DNA of 64,000 nt from Harriotta raleighana (lineage: Eukaryota): positions 4,954,965 through 5,018,964 of the forward strand of contig JBNZDD010013717.1 in assembly GCA_050575255.1 (NCBI GenBank), written 5' to 3'. The position numbers and the translations under genes are program-made. This document shows positions 48,011 to 60,901 of the stretch, piece by piece. How positions within the stretch are numbered: position 1 is the first letter of the stretch; every line of letters begins with the position of its first letter. The notes beneath the pieces are model-generated. The model saw only the letters and a program-made list of their open reading frames with translations. It did not search any database and had not been told where the DNA came from.

Positions 48011-48473
48011 TATCACGATTGACGCTCANATATACTGTATCCAAGCGTTTGAACTGGCCAAAAGCATGTTGCTGTGTCAGTGGTTCCCAATCATTTTTTG
48101 CTGCGACCCAAATTAGCCTCCTACCACTAGAAGGCGATATCACGATTGCCGCTCAACTCAGCCAAAACGTAATCTCTTTTGTGGACGTCCGTTTTGTGGA
48201 CTCAACTCTTTTGTAAGTCCACTCTTTATACAAATTGGTTGGCGATGTCACTTTTTTGGGGATTAAAGGCTTTGTTCTTAGCAGTAAAAGCTTTTTTTTT
48301 AGTGGCAAAAGCTTTTTCTAGCGTTTTAAAAGACAATTTCTTTTGAAGTGACACCACGTAATTTCGAACGATTTACAGCCTCTGTTGCATTTCTACAATA
48401 TCAGAAAAGAGACTGATAAGTTAAATGAGCAGCAGTAATACCACTAGCAGTAAAAAACCCTGCAAAGTCATTA

Positions 48474-49162
48474 CAGTAAAAGCCTGCTTATCTGTGACCC
48501 GATGACCCGGATATAATCGGCACGTTAAAAAAATTCAAAATATAAACTGGAAGTTATCCGGCAGAATAGTTGTGGCGCATTTAATGANCGCTTATCTGTG
48601 ACCCGATGACCCGGATATAATCGGCACGTTAAAAAAATTCCAAATATAAACTGGAAGTTATCCGGCAGAATAGTTGTGGCGCATTTAATGAATCGATTGT
48701 TGCACGCGAGTACTGTGCAGGTATGTCGACTTGCCGCAAGGACAGCCTGAAAATCGCGCTGCCATTTTATTTTCCTCCCGTTTTGGCCGCCATTGCAGAA
48801 GTTAAGTATAAATTATAAAGTACTAATACAATATTCTGTTATTATAGTATCTGTTATTAATGTATTTAGTCTATTATTTATATGGTACAGTGTACAATAT
48901 TTATAATAATGTATCCATACAGTATTCTGTTATTACAGTATCTGTTATTACTGTATTTAGTCTTATTTATATGGTAAAGTGTACAACATTTACAATAAAA
49001 TACCCACACAGTATTATTATCTGTTATTATTTAGTCTATTATTAATATGGTATGTGTTCAAATAATTTTTAATTAAAAAAAAAAAAAAAAACTTTTAACC
49101 GGAAGGCCGTTTAACCGGCACTGGTCAGGTCTCTTGGGTGCCGGATAAATGGGCATTTACTG
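48474..49162 (+). mobile_element. Tigger-like MITE, subfamily B, nested, partly duplicated at N48588
   Basis: TA|cagtaaaagcctgcttatc ... ggataaatgggcatttactg|TA. Confidence 0.87.
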
Positions 49163-50744
49163 TATTTTAGATACTAAATCTAGCTTTAAGAACTCATCTC
49201 GGGTTATTTAATGGGACCGCAGCCCACAGCGACAACCTATTGGCCAGTTCATATGCTTGGATACAGTATATGACTGCGATTTAACCACAAAACTACATTC
49301 CGATTTAGGACATTTCGAGTTGCGTGTGGTTTTTCAGGAACGCAACCCTGCCGTAAAGCGGGGGATACCTGTATCTCTAATGTCCCTATTGATTCCACCT
49401 CCATAGTTTTCTAGAGCAGAGCACTTCACAACTTAACAACTTTTTGTGTGAAGAATTGCTTCTTGCCCTTAGTTGTAGTTGTCTTAATTTTATAGCCCCC
49501 TACCATTTAATGTTGATAAGTTCAACACACAGTTTAGATTCACGAGTTGCTTTATTTAAAACTTACACTCTCTTCCACAATCTGCCCAATCACTTTCCCA
49601 GAATCCTTTTATGCTTGCTTCTCATTGTCAAAGTCTAATTGCCAATGAAGTCATTAAAGTAAAGTGCAACATACAACAAGGATGATTTGCCCATGATATA
49701 ACCTGTCAATTTCTTTAATTTAAAATATCTTATGCCTTAACCTCCTGTGCTTTTAAAAAAATAACTACAGTCTGGCTATTCTCTCGACATAGCTGAACTC
49801 CTTTCAGCACATTAATCTAGTGAACTATTGCTTAACACCTTTCAAGACTATAATATCCGTCCTAAGATTGAGTACCAAACTGTGACTGAAACTCCAAATT
49901 AGTTTGACATGTTCTGTGTAAGTGGATCAACACGTTCTTCTTCATTCTAGACATCTTGCCAGAAGGATCAACAACAATTTGGTTTATTGAATGCTTTCTG
50001 CACCTGCAAATTAGGTTGTGATGATCTGTGGTCTTGAGTCTAGAGCTCGTGCTCACCCGCATTTTGCTTCCCCTTTTGAAAATACAACTAACAACTCTTC
50101 TATTTAAAGGGTATTATGAGTCAGACTAGTACTGTTGAGCACTTTGGGCCATACCATTTTGATGTGAATAACAACTTGCATTTATGTAGTGTCCTTCTGG
50201 CAATCCAGTGTCTCAGAGCACTTAGTGAAAGGGATTTATAATCATGAGGGTGCTATATTAATATAATTTTGTATTGTATTGTCACTCACACTTTGCAGTG
50301 TAAACTCAATCTGCCATAGTGCTGCCCACTTGCTTAATTTGTCTGTCACTTTGCATTTTCTACATACCTTCTTCGGAATTTCCAATAACCAAAGCTTGCT
50401 ACCATGCACAGTCTAAAACATTCTCCCCTCTCTTCCTGTATCTAGGTTGTTGATGCCCTCTTTGCATCAGTGTCTTGGGACATCCTCCTGATGCAAAAGC
50501 CCTTTCCAAATGTAATTTATTGTTGTTTTGGGTGGGAAGCTAAGGCCCCAGCATTGATCCTTGAAGAATGCTGCATATTGCTCCCTTCCAATCAAACAAT
50601 GCCCTATTTATAAATGCAATCCTGTATGGATGGCATCCATAACACTCTATTTTTCTTCTGAGTATCTTTGGTTGCATACAATGGTAAAACCGGCTTTTGA
50701 ACAACATAACTCTGATAATTTTCTCAAAATTAGAGATGAGTGAA

Positions 50745-51350
50745 AAACAACAAACTGCATTTGTCTAGCACCTTTCACATCAGGAGAACACCCCAAGGCA
50801 CTGCACAGACAGGGATCCCCACACAAGCTTTTGATTGGGATCAGATGGGGAAGATAGAAGGGTGATTGAAGGCACGGTCAAAGAGAAGGGTCTTGAGACG
50901 TGCCTTGAGGGAGGCATTTAGTGGAGCGCGAGGAGGAAAAACTGTGGGATGGAGTTCCAGAAGGTGATGACAGAAAGGTTGATGGCCCAATCAGCAGTGG
51001 TGGAGCAGGAGAGGCAGGGAACATGAAGCAGGTCGGAGCCCCGTTGAGCAGACGGAATGAACAGGTTGGAAGGGGATGAGGAGATCACAAAGGTAGGAAG
51101 TAGCAAGGCCGTGGAGGGCTGCCAAGGTGAAGACCAGGATCTTGAACTGTATCCTCTGAATGAGTAGGAGCCAGTAAAGTCAGGCAAGGATGGGTGTGAT
51201 AGGGTCACAGAGCCTGGTGTGGGAGAGGTCAGGGGCTGCAGAGTTATGGATGATCTGCAGTGTATGAAGGGAGGAGTTAAGGAATTTGTGTAGTTGATCC
51301 TGGATGTGATGAACATGTGGATGAGGGTCTTGGCAGTGTGGGGTGAAAGA
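50745..51350 (-). mobile_element. L2 3' fragment
   Basis: LSPHTAKTLIHMFITSRINY...FWNSIP plus tail. Confidence 0.85.
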
Positions 51351-51404
51351 CAGAAACAGATATGAAATTGAAAATATTTATTTACCAAAGTGATTGAAAT
51401 GCAA

Positions 51405-52322
51405 CAAGCAGACATGGGTAAATTTTCACATGTACACAGATGACACCCAAATCTATCTCTCTGCCTGCACTCTCGATTCCAGGACAAATGGTGTCCCAAC
51501 AGACTGCCTGACAGACATCCAGTCCTGGATGAGAGACAACTTTCTACAGCTGAAAGTCAGCAAGACTAAAGCCCTTCTGATTGGCTTGTGTCAGGGATTC
51601 CACGCCTCCGGCACTGATAGCATCAGCATCGATGGATGCATACTCCACATAACCAAGCCAGTCGGGAACCTGGGCATCTTGTTCAATCCTGAATCGTCTT
51701 AAGATTCAACTATGGCAACTCCCTCTTTGTGAAAGGCAATATAGAAAAGTGATTTTGTTGTTGTTGTCAGTCTCCCCAACTCTTCCATCCATAAGCTGCA
51801 GATCATCCAAAACACTGCAGCTCTTGGTCTCTTCTGCACTAGGCTCTGTGACCACATCACACCCAACTTTGCCTGGCTCCACTGGCTCCCAACCCCTCAG
51901 AGGATAGAATTCAAGGTTCTCGTCCTCACTTCCAAGGCCTTCCATGGCCTTGATTCCTCCTACCTCTCTGATCTGCTGATACCCTTTCAACCTATCCACT
52001 CTCTCTGTTCAGCAGGCTCTGACCTGCTCCGTGTCTCCCACCCTACTATTGGTGGCTGGGCTTTCAGCCTCTCTGCCCCCATACTTTGGAACATCCTACA
52101 AATCCTTGGCCTTTCTCCCTCCCATGCCTCCTTCAAGGCCAGTTTCAAGATCCTCCTTTTCGACTGTGCGTTCACCTGTCCTCCTACCTCACTGCACTCC
52201 CTTATCCCAACCCTATCCACCCGTTCACCCATTCCCATGCTCAGGTCCTGATCCTTGAGTGTTCAGCTCCTTGGAACATCCTCCCCAAATGAAAGGCACA
52301 CTAAAATGTAATTTTGTTGTTG
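51405..52322 (+). mobile_element. L2 3' half with internal deletion and a tiny tail insertion
   Basis: VNFHMYTDDTQIY...WMRDNFLQLKVSKT...NLGILFNPE; (TTG)n tail. Confidence 0.88.
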
Positions 52323-52329
52323 AAAGAAT

Positions 52330-52510
52330 GTACTGGTCTAGAAAACTGTAAATATAGAATTGATTTGGATAAGGAAACGTATACTTGGGAAATAAGTATC
52401 AAGGGATAAGAAGGAAAGGCAAACATGGGAATTAAAAGACTAACCTAAACAAATAGCAAAATAGATTCAATGGACAGAATGCCATTTTACTACTCCCTTA
52501 TTACTATGGT
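52330..52510 (+). mobile_element. Decayed CR1 3' end
   Basis: ttggataa...atcaagggata...aatagcaaaatagattcaatggacagaatgcc. Confidence 0.5.
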
Positions 52511-52770
52511 ATAAGATTTAGTGTTATCGTATTTTGTGCAAGTTCTTTTCTGGCATACAACTTTCCTGTTTTTAGAGCTATGTGATATTCATTTCCTAAT
52601 AAGTATCTATTTTTTTTGTCCAGACAATATGCATCCTCATTTGCAGTCAATAATAATTTTTTTAATGTAAAAAAAGTGAAAATTGAAGTTGATTATTTGA
52701 TCTCAGCCTCGGGTTGTTAAAAATCTGTAGTAAGCCTTACTTCTGTTAATCCTCTCACTGATGCAACATA

Positions 52771-53606
52771 CTGTTAACTCTCGTCGAACACGACTTTATT
52801 GATTGCAAATTCAAATAGACGCGACAAAACAAAAGCATCACTTTTTTGTGCAGCGAGAGTAAAACTTGTGTATACTGGCTGGCCTCCGTGTGAGGATCCT
52901 GACAGCCCCTGACTAAATCCGATGATTCCTCAGCTGGCTGGTGCCGCCCACATGTGCACTTTTGACGAGGCCGGCAGATCCCGACAAAAGCCAATGATTC
53001 CTCGGCTGGCTGGCCCCGCACGTAATGCATTCTTGGGTAAGTTTTCAATAACTGTTTGGCCTCGGAGCATCCTGATGGCATTGCATGGTAAACAGAAGTG
53101 ACAGAGAGAGAGAGACTCCTACGATAATGCAGCCTGGCTGTGCTTTTATTGCTTTATTGCTTTGTTTATAGCAATAAAGCGATAACAAAGCTAGAGCTGG
53201 CCGCCTGCGGCTCTCTGCCCCTTGCCCGCCCCCGAGTGGCTGTCTGCTCCCCTCCACCCCGAGCAACTCTCTGCTCCCACTCTCCCCTCCCCTGAATTTT
53301 CTCTGCCTCCCTCCCGGGCTCCCCCTGATTTGCCCACTTCCCGGGTGGTAGGGAAGATGAGAGCAGGAAGGAGGGGAGCAACAAGAGCGGGGAGAGGGGG
53401 GCAGAGCGAGGTGCGGGCCAGCCTGTAGCCTGCCTCAGTACGTCCCTTACATTCGTCGGATGTGCCAGCACGTTTGAGGTGGGTAGCCTGCAACTGGATT
53501 CCCCTAACCCCCCTTTTCCCATTACTTGTTAAGCTTACCAAACGCGATTTCACCAAGTGCGCAGTTTTCCAGGAATGTAACCCCAGCGATCGACAAGGGT
53601 TAACTG
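52771..53606. mobile_element. Tigger-like MITE (third family), GC-rich interior
   Basis: TA|ctgttaactctcgtcga ... tcgacaagggttaactg|TA. Confidence 0.8.
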
Positions 53607-56600
53607 TACTTTGAATTTGAAGAGAATGGTTTAAACAGGAATTTTGCATGCCATTTTGGAACACATGCCTTTTTTTGTTAGGAGAGATTTTCTTTCGACA
53701 AATAAATGTATAAACTAGTCGAATAACAAATCAAAGGGGAAGAAAACATTAAGAATAACTTCAAAAGAGATGGTACTTAATTTTGCTTGAAGGCTTTTTC
53801 AATAAACATGTAGGCACCTTTCATTTGGCCCTATTGAAACCTTACTTGTGACTTAGTTCACTGTGTTCCACTATGCTTTGATGGACAAGGGAATTAAGGT
53901 ATGTGAAATTCTGCATGCTTTCCCCCTTCCCCTTTCCATCCATCATACCTCACAACATAAATCGTGAAGTCTAGATACGCAAAATATTACCTGGCAGATT
54001 AAGTTCATCTATCAGATGTCACAAGGGAGATTTAGATGGATTAGGAAGTCAGATAATTTTATCTCATTCTTCCAAAATGCAACCTCTTTTATTTTTCTGT
54101 CTTGTGAGAAATCTGCAGCAATGCTTGCAGCAGTAGCCATTGCACTCAATTAGAATAGAAATATCAGCTAAACACATGATCCTCTCTACATGCATGTCAA
54201 GTTACAGTTCAAGTTGCAGTTCCTTCCTTCAACCCCTTCGCTTCAACCCCCTGCTTCCCCATCTTCAGGTCATGCCTGAAGAGCTTTCTCTTCAACCATG
54301 CTTATAGACTCCTTCCCCATCCCCTCGTTCAACCTCGGGCTCTGCCATTGTTAAACACTCCGAGACGCCGCCCGATGTGGAGGGCACCAAATAAATGCAA
54401 TTTGTTGTTGAAGATTTTTTAAAAAGTTCTAGAATAAGTTATTGCAAATTACAAAGTTCTCCCTTCAGGTAAATTTTCATATTTGTTTATTCTTCACAAC
54501 CCTTTTGCCTGCATCGCTTTGAGAGACTTAGTTTTGTATCTGTGGGCACAAAATCTAATGCCAAGCAAAATCGAATGCTATTCACTAAAGTCTTGTTCAC
54601 CTACATCACACTCCTCTACATGCAGATGAAATTTCTTTCTTTTATATCAGTAATTTGCTTAGAACGACCACGCGTAAGAGGACATGGTTCCCCAAGAAGG
54701 AAACGTGCCTTGTGTTATTAATATTCAATATTAAAAATTAACTACAGTATTTCCTTCTTTGAAGCACTCCTCCCAAATCACTTTGTTTTTTTGTCTCCAC
54801 ATTTTCAAAAATCTACTTAAAAACCTATACCTTTTACCATGCCTTTGCTCATCTCTCTCAGTTCTAAAATGCTGTTTTTTTTTTGTTTGAACACCTCTAA
54901 TTCTTCTTATCAATCTGTGATACATGAACAGTGTGAAAATACACTTATTACCTAAGTGTGTTGGTTTCATTTTGTTTTGAGTAAAAGAAAATATGGTATA
55001 TTCAAGTGAAATGTCTGTTAAGCCACCTAATGAACAGATTATAAAAAACAACATTATTGTGTAATTAAAAGTTGCTAATGCAATGAAGATGATATAATCA
55101 TAGTAATTACAGTGACTGGGTATTGGCTGGCATGGGGGTTGCCGTCTGTCGTTAGGCAACTCAAATAAATCACTATATTTTCTGCACGCCTATCGCATGG
55201 AAAAAGAAGCATGCATGTTATTATAACCACATTTGCATTTGTTGAAGATTCTCACTTGTCAGGTTTGAGATGAGCATTACAATAAAGCTACTTATTTTAT
55301 TATTTCTACCATGAATGGTTTACAACAACAAAATAACAACATTACATTTATAGCGCGTCTTTCACGTCGGGATGAAGTCCCAAGGCGCTTGGCTGTTCCT
55401 TGGCTGTTACAAACTGGATTGAACACAGTAATATGTTTGCTTGTATGATTGTGCTGAACAGCTGTTGTAAAATATATTGTATTATGTATTGTAGTATGAT
55501 AATATTATGTAATATTATGAAATGGCATAAGCCCATTTCGTTCCAGTTTGTACTGTGCATGACACTATCATNCACCAAGTGCGCAGTTTTCCAGGAATGT
55601 AACCCCAGCGATCGACAAGGGTTAACTGTACTTTGAATTTGAAGAGAATGGTTTAAACAGGAATTTTGCATGCCATTTTGGAACACATGCCTTTTTTTGT
55701 TAGGAGAGATTTTCTTTCGACAAATAAATGTATAAACTAGTCGAATAACAAATCAAAGGGGAAGAAAACATTAAGAATAACTTCAAAAGAGATGGTACTT
55801 AATTTTGCTTGAAGGCTTTTTCAATAAACATGTAGGCACCTTTCATTTGGCCCTATTGAAACCTTACTTGTGACTTAGTTCACTGTGTTCCACTATGCTT
55901 TGATGGACAAGGGAATTAAGGTATGTGAAATTCTGCATGCTTTCCCCCTTCCCCTTTCCATCCATCATACCTCACAACATAAATCGTGAAGTCTAGATAC
56001 GCAAAATATTACCTGGCAGATTAAGTTCATCTATCAGATGTCACAAGGGAGATTTAGATGGATTAGGAAGTCAGATAATTTTATCTCATTCTTCCAAAAT
56101 GCAACCTCTTTTATTTTTCTGTCTTGTGAGAAATCTGCAGCAATGCTTGCAGCAGTAGCCATTGCACTCAATTAGAATAGAAATATCAGCTAAACACATG
56201 ATCCTCTCTACATGCATGTCAAGTTACAGTTCAAGTTGCAGTTCCTTCCTTCAACCCCTTCGCTTCAACCCCCTGCTTCCCCATCTTCAGGTCATGCCTG
56301 AAGAGCTTTCTCTTCAACCATGCTTATAGACTCCTTCCCCATCCCCTCGTTCAACCTCGGGCTCTGCCATTGTTAAACACTCCGAGACGCCGCCCGATGT
56401 GGAGGGCACCAAATAAATGCAATTTGTTGTTGAAGATTTTTTTTAAAGTTCTAGAATAAGTTATTGCAAATTACAAAGTTCTCCCTTCAGGTAAATTTTC
56501 ATATTTGTTTATTCTTCACAACCCTTTTGCCTGCATCGCTTTGAGAGACTCAGTTTTGTATCTGTGGGCACAAAATCTAATGCCAAGCAAAATCGAATGC

Positions 56601-57593
56601 TATTCACTAAAGTCTTGTTCACCTCCATCACACTCCTCTACATGCAGATGAAACTTCTTTCTTTTATATCAGTAATTTGCTTAGAACGACCACGCGTAAG
56701 AGGACATGGTTCCCCAAGAAGGAAACGCGCCTTGTGTTATTAATATTCAATATTAAAAATTAACTACAGTATTTCCTTCTTTGAAGCACTCCTCCCAAAT
56801 CACTTTGTTTTTTTGTCTCCACATTTTCAAAAATCTACTTAAAAATCTATACCTTTTACCATGCCTTTGCTCATCTCTCTCAGTTCTAAAATGCTGTTTT
56901 TTTTTTGTTTGAACACCTCTAATTCTTCTTATCAATCTGTGATACATGAACAGTGTGAAAATACACTTATTACCTAAGTGTGTTGGTTTCATTTTGTTTT
57001 GAGTAAAAGAAAATATGGTATATTCAAGTGAAATGTCTGTTAAGCCACCTAATGAACAGATTATAAAAAACAACATTATTGTGTAATTAAAAGTTGCTAA
57101 TGCAATGAAGATGATATAATCATAGTAATTACAGTGACTGGGTATTGGCTGGCATGGGGGTTGCCGTCTGTCGTTGGGCAACTCAAATAAATCACTATAT
57201 TTTCTGCACGCCTATCGCATGGAAAAAGAAGCATGCATGTTATTATAACCACATTTGCATTTGTTGAAGATTCTCACTTGTCAGGTTTGAGATGAGCATT
57301 ACAATAAAGCTACTTATTTTATTATTTCTACCATGAATGGTTTACAACAACAAAATAACAACATTACATTTATAGCGCGTCTTTCACGTCGGGATGAAGT
57401 CCCAAGGCGCTTGGCTGTTCCTTGGCTGTTACAAACTGGATTGAACACAGTAATATGTTTGCTTGTATGATTGTGCTGAACAGCTGTTGTAAAATATATT
57501 GTATTATGTATTGTAGTATGATAATATTATGTAATATTATGAAATGGCATAAGCCCATTTCGTTCCAGTTTGTACTGTGCATGACACTATCAT
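53551..57593 (+). repeat. ~2.02-kb direct duplication (53551-55571 and 55573-57593) joined by one N; probable uncollapsed haplotypes
   Basis: Copies are almost identical, with about 8 differences seen by eye; N at 55572. Confidence 0.9.
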
Positions 57594-59502
57594 TGTGGAA
57601 TATGTGGGCAATATACCAAGAGAAAATCATCAGATACCAAGTGTGAACAATAGTGGTACTTGGTCCATTAATTGATAGCAACAATAATAATCCTTATATT
57701 TGATACATCAGCAAGTTATCTCAGAGCTTACAGGATAAAGCGGTGTGACTTTGTGTATTTTGTGGGTGAAAATAAACCCCTTTTTTTTCTTTCTCCATTT
57801 TTCTTTCCATTCACTTATTTTCCCTTCTTCTGGAAGCCACTTTTTGACTGAGCATTTGTGTCACTTTTAGCACTATTATTGCTTCAAATGGTCTGGTATA
57901 AGTGTCCAAAATATTTTGCTCTTTGCATTGTGTGTGACTTTCTTATTTGCATGGCTGACATTGGAAAGCTGAAATCTAAAGAGAAAGCCTCCCTCCATCT
58001 TACCACCTTATGACAAGCAGAAAAGCAATTAATTGTGCATTCAAAAGCTTTTTGTAAATGTACCTTATCCATTACAATAACCCACCAGATAATAATAATA
58101 ATACTAATTCTTGCAAATGTAATACAACGAGAATAGTACTGAACCTATTATGTTACTCACCTAAATATTTTCTGACGTTACATCTGTACTATCCACCATA
58201 AACATAATTTATCTGGGAAAACAAAGAATTGGTAAAGTTGGACCATCAAACCATCCATTTTCCTACATAACCCGGATTATATCTATCTTTAAATCTAATA
58301 ACTGAATTATTCATTTGATTTTGTAAGCCTCTTGTTCCATCATCTGTGCTGGTAATCTGTTCCACATGCCTATCATCCTTTATATAAAAAAATGTTTTCA
58401 GCATTTCATATTTTGTTTGGTTTTCTTTAATTTGACAAAATGACTGTTCTTGAATTTTGTTCATAGCAAATTGACTTTGTCTGAATCGGAATTTTATAAA
58501 CCTTTCAAAATCTTTAAATATACTGTATTACAGTATTATTATTTCCCAATAAATCTTCTCCATTCAAAGAAGAACAATTAAAGGGTAGTCAACCTTTACT
58601 CATCGCTCCACCTCTTAAATACCAGAACTGATGCAACAGCCTTCTGTTAACTAATAATTTTCAATCCTTTGTTCTGTGCCTCACCAGCTGTGTTAAACAC
58701 TTGGAGACATTCTCCCAATGTGAAAGATGGTATGCAAATAAATTGTATGTATTTACCCCAAACCTAATGAATTAGAAAATACAACAACCAAAAACAACAA
58801 CATTGCACATGTATAGCGCCTTTCACGTCTGTGCATAAGGGAAACTGTATCATTTCTTAGACATTTCTCCATCCATTTTGCATGTGAATACAGTTGTGAT
58901 ATAGTACATTATAATACATTAGTATTTGAGCAGTGTTGCTATCCCAGCACTCTCCACCACTCCCCTACATGTAATTGCTCAGTAACCCAATATCTTTCAT
59001 CCATTGCTTGCTTCCAATATAATTAACAAGAGCTTTGCCATTCTCTTTTATGTTTGGAGCTACTCTAGTATTCTGATATTCCCTCTTTCCGGTCCTCAAC
59101 AATCCTGGGTATTCCTCATACGAGATTCAATTAATATAGTTCATTATATGTTTAAATATGCAGGATATAGCACATAAATCATGCATAAAGCAGTGGTGCA
59201 ATTAATTTAATGCAGAGCTATTTTTCTTTCAAGCTTTTGTTTTGTATTTGTCTTCAAAGAAATGATCAAGCAGACTTAATACCTGTAAAAGCCTGCCTCA
59301 AAATTAGCGTTGTAACTTTTGTTTCATAATTTCCAGAATTTTTTGGCTTATCAACACTATACTAGTATAGATCATTAATGTTGAGAATTGGAACGTATCC
59401 CNATTTTTTTCAGAATTTTTTGGCTTATCAACACTATACTAGTATAGATCATTAATGTTGAGAATTGGAACGTATCCCATTTCAAACTCCTATTGCAAAC
59501 AC

Positions 59503-60901
59503 CTATGGCTCGGCCTCGGTGCCCAACTTTTTTCAGCGGGAGAACTGGGAGCAATTGTGAGCAATGGGAGTGGTGGCCACAGTGAGTGGTAACCGGCCAC
59601 CATTTTCGGATTTTCCCACCTGAGTTTCTCCGTTTGCATCTTTCACTCAACATTCTCCTCATTTACCACTCCCATAATTCTTCCCCACCTTCATCTCCGA
59701 CATCTCCACCCTCCCGGCTTCCCCCTGCCTCTACTCTGATAGCCTCATCATTCTCCGTGATTTCAAACTCCATTTCACCTCCTCTTGCTCCATCTCTTCG
59801 GAGTTCTCTTCTCTCATCTCCTCTCTCAACCTCTCCCTCCACATCCATTCCCCCACCAAATTGCACGGCCACACGCTTGTCGTGGTAATCACTCTGTGCC
59901 TCAGTGTCTCGGATGTCACCATCACTGACAAGGCCAACTCCGACCACCATTTCATCTCATTCAACTCCTCAACTCCAGGACTACCATTGTCCTGACTGCC
60001 TGCCTGTCTGACGTCAAGCTCTAGATGAACATTCTTCAGCTGAAGGTCAGCAAGACTGAGGCCTTTCTGATTGGCTCGCGTCAGCGCCTCCGCACCTCAG
60101 GCGCTGGCAGCATCAGCATCCATGGCTGCACACTCCATCTCATGAAGCCAGTCAGGAATCTGGGTGTCTTGTTTGACCCTGAACCGTCTTTCCTCCCCCA
60201 CATCCATGCCATGACCAGCACTGCCTTCCACCACCTCGATAATATTGCCAGACTCCTCGATAATATTGCCAGACTCCTCAACTACCTCACCCCTCAGGCT
60301 GCCGAAATCTTCATCGAAGCATTTGTCACATCAAGGCTCGACTAAGGAAACTTCTCGTTGACCTTCCCAGCTCTTCCCTTGACAAGCTACAGATCATCCC
60401 AAACTCTGCAACTTGTGTCCTCTTCTGCACAAAGCTCAATGACCACATCATTCCCACCCTCGCCCGGCTCCATTGGCTCCCCATCCCCCAGAGGATCGAA
60501 TTCAAGATCCTTGTCTTTACTTTCAAGGACATTCAGGGCCTTGCCCTTTCCTATATTTCTGACCTGCTGACTCCCTATTTATCCTCCTGACCTCTCCATT
60601 TAGCTCCACGGCTCCCCCCAACCCACCCTACTTCAGTGGACAGGCTTTCAGCTTCTCTTCCCCCGCACTCTTGAACTCCATCCTACAGTCTCTTTGCCTC
60701 GTTTTGACCCTCGTCTCCTTCAAGGCCTGTCTTAAGACCATCCTTTTCGATCATGCCGCTCTCCCACCTCTCTCCCTCCCCTCCTCTCCCCCCTACCCTG
60801 CCCCACCCCCGTGCTTGGGTCCCGACCACTGACTGCTCAGTACCTTGAGACATCCTCCTGACGTGAAAGGCGCTCAATAAATAAAATTTTGTTGCTGTTG
60901 T
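59503..60901 (+). mobile_element. Internally deleted L2 (possible 5' end, EN fragment, RT C-terminus, tail)
   Basis: EN piece matches ~43850-44175; ORF 60025-60345 VRNLGVLFDPE..AAEIFIEAFVTSRLD; 21-bp tandem duplication at 60235-60276; (TTG) tail. Confidence 0.85.

Larger units (their letters stand above)
47139..49371. mobile_element. Outer Tigger-like non-autonomous element hosting nested MITEs
   Basis: Right end ccgtaaagcgggggatacctg|TA; eroded left end tttacgacgg; internal 52-bp inverted repeat at 47781-47832 and 49241-49292. Confidence 0.65.
46980..50000 (-). mobile_element. Decayed CR1 (46980-47105 and ~49373-50000) split by a DNA-transposon cluster
   Basis: CR1 3' pattern (cattcagcc...gcctgttc) at the left continues after 49373 (tccacctcca...cttcacaacttaacaactttttgtgtgaagaa). 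Confidence 0.55.

Noticed and set aside
54731-57181. Two identical 142-aa ORFs as duplicated genes
   Set aside because: They lie in the probable haplotype duplication and look like AT-rich chance ORFs.
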